A model generated the notes under the pieces. That model did not search any database. It was not told where the DNA came from and worked only from the letters and a program-made list of their open reading frames with translations. A program made the position numbers and the translations under genes. Positions 27,104-32,000 of a DNA stretch of 32,000 bases are shown in pieces. Each line of letters begins with the position of its first letter. Position 1 is the first letter of the stretch. Where the stretch lies: the NCBI RefSeq assembly GCF_000219355.1, contig NC_015722.1:420001-452000 (forward strand), written 5' to 3'. This stretch comes from Candidatus Midichloria mitochondrii IricVA (GTDB lineage Bacteria > Pseudomonadota > Alphaproteobacteria > Rickettsiales > Midichloriaceae).

Positions 27104-27631
27104 ATGTGGCATGCTACTACTATTATTGCAGTAAAGAAAGATAACAAGGTTGCGATTGCGGGCGATGGGCAAGTGAGCCTTGGCCATACCGTTATGAAAG
27201 CAACTGCCAATAAAATCAGAAAAAGTAATAGTGGTAAAATTATAGCGGGGTTTGCAGGCTCAACCGCTGATGCTTTTACTCTCTTTGAGAGGATTGAAGT
27301 AAAGCTAGAGAAGCATAATAATCACCTTCTAAGGGCAGCTGTGGAGATGTCAAAGGATTGGCGTACGGACAAATACTTGAGGAGGCTAGAAGCAATGTTA
27401 ATTGTCGCTGATAAGGATGTCCTATTAGTTCTATCTGGTCAAGGCGACGTTTTAGAACCTGAGGATAATATTGCAGCCATTGGCTCTGGGGGTAATTATG
27501 CTCGTGCTGCTGCAAAGGCATTTTTAAGTAATCCTGCTCTTTCTGCAAGAGAAATTGCTGAAAAATCAATTCATATAGCAGCTGATATATGTGTTTACAC
27601 AAATCATAATATCAAAATAGAAGAGTTGTGA
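27104..27631 (+). CDS. hslV: ATP-dependent protease subunit HslV
   Basis: 175 aa. [23 protein letters not shown] with the N-terminal catalytic Thr, plus [10 protein letters not shown] and GSGGNYA. Starts 1 nt after the xthA stop. Confidence 0.95.
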   Translation: MWHATTIIAVKKDNKVAIAGDGQVSLGHTVMKATANKIRKSNSGKIIAGFAGSTADAFTLFERIEVKLEKHNNHLLRAAVEMSKDWRTDKYLRRLEAMLIVADKDVLLVLSGQGDVLEPEDNIAAIGSGGNYARAAAKAFLSNPALSAREIAEKSIHIAADICVYTNHNIKIEEL

Positions 27632-27675
27632 TTTTGTCTTGCTTTGGCCAGGATTTACTGCTGAGACGCTTGAGT

Positions 27676-28680
27676 TTAATAATAGACTGATAACCCAACT
27701 ATTTCATAAACCTTCTTAAGGTTAGTGCTTGCTGATTCTTTAGCCCGCTTTTGTCCTTCTTTTAATATATTGACTACAACCTCTTTTTTCTTAAGGATTT
27801 TAAATGCTTGGTCTCGAATCGGCGCTATTGCGCTTATAATGCTTTCTGTAAGCCTTGCTTTGAACTGACTTGTGCTGCAATTTTTTAACTCTTGTACAGA
27901 AGATTCTATAGAATTGCCGGAACATGCAGAATATATATTAAGCAAGTTGCTTATTTCTGGGCGGTTTTCTTCATCAAAGCAAATTCCTTCAAAAGAATCA
28001 GTTGTAGCTTTTTTAATTTTTTGTTCTATTGCTTCGTTACTGTCAAAGATATTTATTCTGGTTGCATCTGAAGGGGCAGATTTACTCATCTTTTTCTTCG
28101 CATCCCGTAAGCTCATTATACGCTTTGCATTTTGGTTGGTCAGGGCTTCGGGCATTTTAAAATAATCAATTTGGTATTGTCTATTAAAGGCGCCTGCAAT
28201 ATCACGACAAAGCTCAATATGTTGAATTTGATCTTCGCCAACTAGTATTAAATCTGTGTTATAAAGTAAAATATCGGCAGCCATCAAAACAGGATAAGAA
28301 TATAAACCTAAAGAAGCCGCTTCCTTATTTTTTCCAACTTTATCTTTGAACTGTGTCATGCGGTTTAACCAACCGAGCCTAGTGTGATTACCTAAAACCC
28401 AAGCTAGCTCAAGATGTTCTGTGATGGAAGATTGTTGAAATATTATAGATTTTTGTGGATCTAAACCGGAAGCGACGTATATAGCTGCAACGTTAAGTAT
28501 ATTTTGGCTTAAAATTTTTGGATCTTGATAGATGGTTATGGCATGCAAATCAACTACGCAAAACAGACAATCATTACTCTCTTGCATTTCGACCCAGTTT
28601 TTTATTGCCCCCAAATAATTACCAAGAGTAATAATGCCGCTCGGCTGTACCCCCGAAAAAACTACCTTCCTCTCCTTCAT
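27676..28680 (-). CDS. trpS: tryptophan--tRNA ligase
   Basis: VFSGVQPSGIITLGNYLG (HIGH-type region) and KMSKS. I chose the start at internal MKERK (28680) because it removes the overlap with pssA. The ORF track extends to 28743. Confidence 0.93.
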   Translation of the reverse strand: MKERKVVFSGVQPSGIITLGNYLGAIKNWVEMQESNDCLFCVVDLHAITIYQDPKILSQNILNVAAIYVASGLDPQKSIIFQQSSITEHLELAWVLGNHTRLGWLNRMTQFKDKVGKNKEAASLGLYSYPVLMAADILLYNTDLILVGEDQIQHIELCRDIAGAFNRQYQIDYFKMPEALTNQNAKRIMSLRDAKKKMSKSAPSDATRINIFDSNEAIEQKIKKATTDSFEGICFDEENRPEISNLLNIYSACSGNSIESSVQELKNCSTSQFKARLTESIISAIAPIRDQAFKILKKKEVVVNILKEGQKRAKESASTNLKKVYEIVGLSVYY

Positions 28681-28687
28681 AACCACA

Positions 28688-29455
28688 CTATTTTTCTGCA
28701 GTTGATTTTTTATTGTAATAAAATCTGTAATAATAAATGGCACTTATAGGTATAGACAATATGTAGCCAACACCCATTAAAGGCAATATAAACCAGGGTT
28801 CAATAAGAATTCCAGCCATCATAACTCCTGTGAGTACCAAAAGAGGAACTACATATTCTCTCTTAACGCTAACTTTTTTTCCAGAGAAAGTTGGTAATTG
28901 GCTGATCATCATCATTCCAATTAAAGCTACATACACAGCTATCACTGCATTGGGTAACCTATATTCTGTAATGTTAAAGGTGATTACCAATGGTAGTAGC
29001 ACTAAGCCAGCAGCTGCGGGCATTGGTACTCCAGTAAAGAAATTATTATTTTTTCTTTCAGATGAATCACCTGTTTGAACATTAAATCTAGCTAATCTAA
29101 ATGCGGAGCAGGTTATATAAAATAACACAACAGCCCAACCTACGCCTTTATATGTCAGTTGGTGTAAAGACCACAGATATAACACCATTCCAGGGGCAAC
29201 TCCAAAGCTCACCAAATCAGCTAAAGAATCTAGGTGAGCGCCAAAATGACTTGTTGAGTTCAGAAGCCTTGCTACTCTTCCATCTAAACCATCCATAATT
29301 GATGCGACGATGACTAAGGCGGCAGCTATATCAAATTTCGCCTCTAAAGCATATCTAATTGCTGTAGTGCCCAAACACAGTGCGAACATGGTGATAATAC
29401 TTGGGATTAATGTAACCAGAGGAATAGTATTAATTTTATTTTTCTGCATTGCCAC
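28688..29455 (-). CDS. pssA: CDP-diacylglycerol--serine O-phosphatidyltransferase
   Basis: 255 aa, multi-TM. CDP-alcohol phosphatidyltransferase motif DGLDGRVAR...G..LDSLAD. Confidence 0.9.
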   Translation of the reverse strand: MAMQKNKINTIPLVTLIPSIITMFALCLGTTAIRYALEAKFDIAAALVIVASIMDGLDGRVARLLNSTSHFGAHLDSLADLVSFGVAPGMVLYLWSLHQLTYKGVGWAVVLFYITCSAFRLARFNVQTGDSSERKNNNFFTGVPMPAAAGLVLLPLVITFNITEYRLPNAVIAVYVALIGMMMISQLPTFSGKKVSVKREYVVPLLVLTGVMMAGILIEPWFILPLMGVGYILSIPISAIYYYRFYYNKKSTAEK

Positions 29456-29543
29456 AGCTCTAAGTATATATTAATTCTTTACTTTTCTGATTCTACAAAC
29501 ATAAAATTCTATTGTATAGCAAAAATATTCAAAATCTTGATAA

Positions 29544-31037
29544 TTACTTAAGTTTAAATATATTAAGCAGTAATAAGTTGATTACATAATGCATCGAGAT
29601 ATACAATACCCCGCCTGCAGTCAGGCTGATAAATGCGTTTGCATTTAATATATTAAGAAGTGCGTATATTAATGCACTACCAATTGTTGCATTAAAAATA
29701 AAAAGTCCTAACTTCCTTAACAAATGCGTGCTAAATTGGTAATAATTTCTTTTTTTAGATATCATTACCATCGTGATAGCAATAAACCAGCCTGCAATGG
29801 CGGATGCAACCGAAACTGCCACATGTTTTAAGGTAGTGATTAAAGATATGCTGAGTAATACATTAATCAACAATGCACAAGCGGCTATTTTTACTGGAGT
29901 TTTTATATCTCCATGGGCATGAAAGTTACTGCTGAATAACTTAATTAATGCATATGCAGGTAGGCCAAGTGCTAAAAACCTAAGGGCTGCAGCGGTATTT
30001 TTTGTTGATTCAGAGTTAAATTCATACCTTTCTAATAACATCCTTACAATATCATCAGGAAATAAATATAATATCATTGTTGCAGGAATTAAAAAGAATG
30101 CAGCTATTCTGATAGCTGCTTCTTTACTGTGTTTTAGTTCCGTGTAATTGTTATTTGCAATATGTCTTGAAAGTGCGGGCAACAATGCGGTCGAAGTAGC
30201 AGTAGCAATAATAGCTAGTGGTAATTGCATAACTCTGTCTGCATAATAGATATAAGATAACCCTCCGGGTACAAAGGAAACTATAACCATATCAATCCAA
30301 GTATTAATTTGCACTATACCAGATCCAAAAACTCCCGCTCCCATTCTATTTAAAACAGTTTTGATATCTGGATTGATCGAGGGTAGCCTAATTGGTACGG
30401 ACATTTTATTGATTTTTAAAAAGAAGACCATCCACAAAAGTTCTAAAACACCTGCGGCTAGTACGCCATGAGCAATTACGTGTGCTTTAGTTCGTTCATC
30501 ATTAATATGGAGAGCAAATAATATCATAGAGATATTAAAAATTATTGCGGTGGCGGCAAATGGCATGAATTTACCGATACTATTAAGTATTCCTCCATAG
30601 AAGGCCGCTAAAGAGATAAAGAATAAATAAGGAAAAGTAATGCGGCTCAATGTAACGGCCATCTCAAAGTAGTACCCCTTGTTTGCAAATCCTGGAGTGG
30701 TAATCTTTAACACATACGGCATTGAACATATTATAATAGAACAAAACAAGGTTAAGGTTATTGCTAAAATGGATTGAACTAGGGCTGCCACTTCTAAGGC
30801 TTTTTTCGTTCCCTCTTGCGATAATTTATAAGTAAAAATAGGGACAAACGCAGCCGTCAATGCTCCTTCGCCGAAAATATTTCTAAATAAGTTGGCGAAT
30901 TTAAATGCCGCAATAAACGCATCGTTAAGCGGGCCTGTACCTAGATAAGAAGCAATAACTACATCTCTAATATAGCCAAATATTCTTGACACTAGGGTTG
31001 TTATTGAAACAACAGCCGCATTTCTAATAATACTCAT
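29544..31037 (-). CDS. murJ: lipid II flippase MurJ (MviN)
   Basis: 497 aa, polytopic. N-terminus TLVSRIFGYIRDVVIASYLGTGPLNDAF...FGEGALTAAFVPIF is typical of MurJ. Confidence 0.9.
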   Translation of the reverse strand: MSIIRNAAVVSITTLVSRIFGYIRDVVIASYLGTGPLNDAFIAAFKFANLFRNIFGEGALTAAFVPIFTYKLSQEGTKKALEVAALVQSILAITLTLFCSIIICSMPYVLKITTPGFANKGYYFEMAVTLSRITFPYLFFISLAAFYGGILNSIGKFMPFAATAIIFNISMILFALHINDERTKAHVIAHGVLAAGVLELLWMVFFLKINKMSVPIRLPSINPDIKTVLNRMGAGVFGSGIVQINTWIDMVIVSFVPGGLSYIYYADRVMQLPLAIIATATSTALLPALSRHIANNNYTELKHSKEAAIRIAAFFLIPATMILYLFPDDIVRMLLERYEFNSESTKNTAAALRFLALGLPAYALIKLFSSNFHAHGDIKTPVKIAACALLINVLLSISLITTLKHVAVSVASAIAGWFIAITMVMISKKRNYYQFSTHLLRKLGLFIFNATIGSALIYALLNILNANAFISLTAGGVLYISMHYVINLLLLNIFKLK

Positions 31038-31049
31038 TGGATAAATAAC

Positions 31050-32000
31050 TTATACCGCGAATGCTTCTTCCCATGTTCCCTTAGTTGCGGCTTTAGCATA
31101 TTCAGTAACTCTATTCTCGAAGAAATTTGTGTGCTCCGGAGCATTCAGAATTTCGTCGAGCCACGGAAGAGGGTTTCTCTCAATTTTGTAGAGTTCTCGC
31201 AAACCCAACTGAGTAAGTCTTCTATCGGCTATATATCTTATATATTGCTTGATATCAGATGCGGTCATGCCTTCTATAGCTCCTTCGAATCCAAATGCCA
31301 AATCTATAAATGCATCTTCATGTTTTATAATAGTCTCACAGGCTTCGTGTAAGAAGTCGGTTAATTTTTTATTCCAAACCTCGGGGTTTTCAGTGATAAA
31401 TGCCTTAAATAGCCACATTATAGCGTTAGTATGCAGGGTTTCATCTCTTACTGACCAGGCAATAATTTGGCCCATACCCTTCATTTTACCAAATCTTTGG
31501 AAGTTTAATAACATTGCAAAAGAAGCGAAAAGCTGTAATCCTTCGGTAAAAGCACCAAATACTGCCAAGGTCTTTGCTATATCCTCTTTAGAATTCACGT
31601 TAAACTGCTGCATATAATCATACTTCTCCTTCATTTCCTTATATTTAAGAAAAGCACTATATTCGACTTCTGGCATACCTAATGTATCCAATAAGTGAGA
31701 ATACGCGTCGATATGGATAGTTTCCATATTAGAAAAAGCTGCTAACATCATTTGTACTTCTGTCGGCTTAAATACTCGCGAGTAATGCCTCATGTAGCAA
31801 TTATTAACTTCTATATCAGCCTGGGTAAAAAATCTAAAGATCTGCGTTAAAAGGTGTTTTTCTGGCTCAGTCAAAACCTTTTTCCAGTCCTTTACATCGT
31901 CTGCCATAGGAACTTCTTCGGGTAGCCAATGAAGTTGTTGCTGTAATTTCCAATAATCATAAGCTTCGGGGTAATGAAAGGGCTTATATACCGACTCTGA
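31050..32000 (-). CDS. nrdB: ribonucleoside-diphosphate reductase beta subunit (class I), 5' end outside the window
   Basis: Ferritin-like di-iron motifs (ETIHIDAYS, VRDETLHTN). The frame stays open upstream of the ORF-track Met (..YKPFHYPEAYDYWKLQQQLHWLPEEVPMADD..) to the window edge, so the gene is partial. Confidence 0.9.
   Translation of the reverse strand, partial: SESVYKPFHYPEAYDYWKLQQQLHWLPEEVPMADDVKDWKKVLTEPEKHLLTQIFRFFTQADIEVNNCYMRHYSRVFKPTEVQMMLAAFSNMETIHIDAYSHLLDTLGMPEVEYSAFLKYKEMKEKYDYMQQFNVNSKEDIAKTLAVFGAFTEGLQLFASFAMLLNFQRFGKMKGMGQIIAWSVRDETLHTNAIMWLFKAFITENPEVWNKKLTDFLHEACETIIKHEDAFIDLAFGFEGAIEGMTASDIKQYIRYIADRRLTQLGLRELYKIERNPLPWLDEILNAPEHTNFFENRVTEYAKAATKGTWEEAFAV

Noticed and set aside
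27636-27667. An imperfect inverted repeat (GTCTTGC...GCTGAGAC) between the convergent hslV and trpS genes, considered as a bidirectional terminator.
   Set aside because: The stem is interrupted by a mismatch or bulge and has no flanking T- or A-tracts. It is not supportable from sequence alone.
1-32000. I looked for CRISPR arrays, tandem repeat arrays, tRNA/rRNA genes, RNase P and SRP RNA motifs, toxin-antitoxin pairs and defence-island gene combinations.
   Set aside because: No regularly spaced direct repeats or conserved RNA motifs (GGTTCGA-type T-arm, GAGGAAAGTCC, GGAAGCAGCC context) were seen by eye. All sizeable ORFs outside the IS zones have ordinary housekeeping assignments. A covariance-model scan would be needed to exclude small RNAs.

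Overview
Visibly AT-rich bacterial chromosome segment. It is most consistent with a reduced, probably intracellular alphaproteobacterium (Rickettsiales/Holosporales-like). That placement is an inference from the NDUFA9-like and NDUFA12-like genes, a DUF2155 gene, a Cys-less Irr-like Fur regulator, the tight gene packing and the decayed IS elements. About 30 mostly housekeeping genes are present. Plus-strand block, 0.17-6.8 kb: NDUFA9-like, NDUFA12-like, mlaD, DUF2155, truB, rpsO, pnp, SpoU-type methyltransferase. Minus-strand block, 10.0-14.9 kb: bioA, truA, Fur/Irr-like regulator, EnvZ-like sensor kinase, corA. Plus-strand block, 14.9-18.1 kb: motA, PolB-exo-like 3'-5' exonuclease, 5-formyl-THF cyclo-ligase, prmC. 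Minus-strand block, 19.9-25.5 kb: family-4 UDG, infB, nusA, rimP. Plus-strand block, 25.7-27.6 kb: CADD-family gene, xthA, hslV. Minus-strand block, 27.7-32.0 kb: trpS, pssA, murJ, nrdB (nrdB runs off the window). Two decay zones (6.8-9.9 kb and 18.1-19.8 kb) hold two frameshift-riddled IS982-family copies in direct orientation, a third partial copy inverted against the second, a decayed IS1-family element, and a shattered sodium:solute symporter gene. I saw no rRNA, tRNA, tmRNA, CRISPR array or tandem-repeat array by eye. I did not find a convincing new multi-gene system. The most unusual signals are: (1) a 92-codon Arg/Gly-rich, locally GC-rich tail on PNPase; (2) a solitary motA with an N-terminal frameshift in a G5 run plus an in-frame G10 tract; (3) a CADD-family (putative pABA/folate) gene split by a frameshift in an A6 run; (4) hslV without an adjacent hslU; (5) a 43-nt, 81% GC core with a G9 tract, closed by an 8-bp inverted repeat, lying inside a short tract-dependent ORF; (6) a sensor kinase overlapping corA and followed by an Irr-like regulator, with no adjacent response regulator. 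All homology calls rest on motif recognition by eye; no searches were run.
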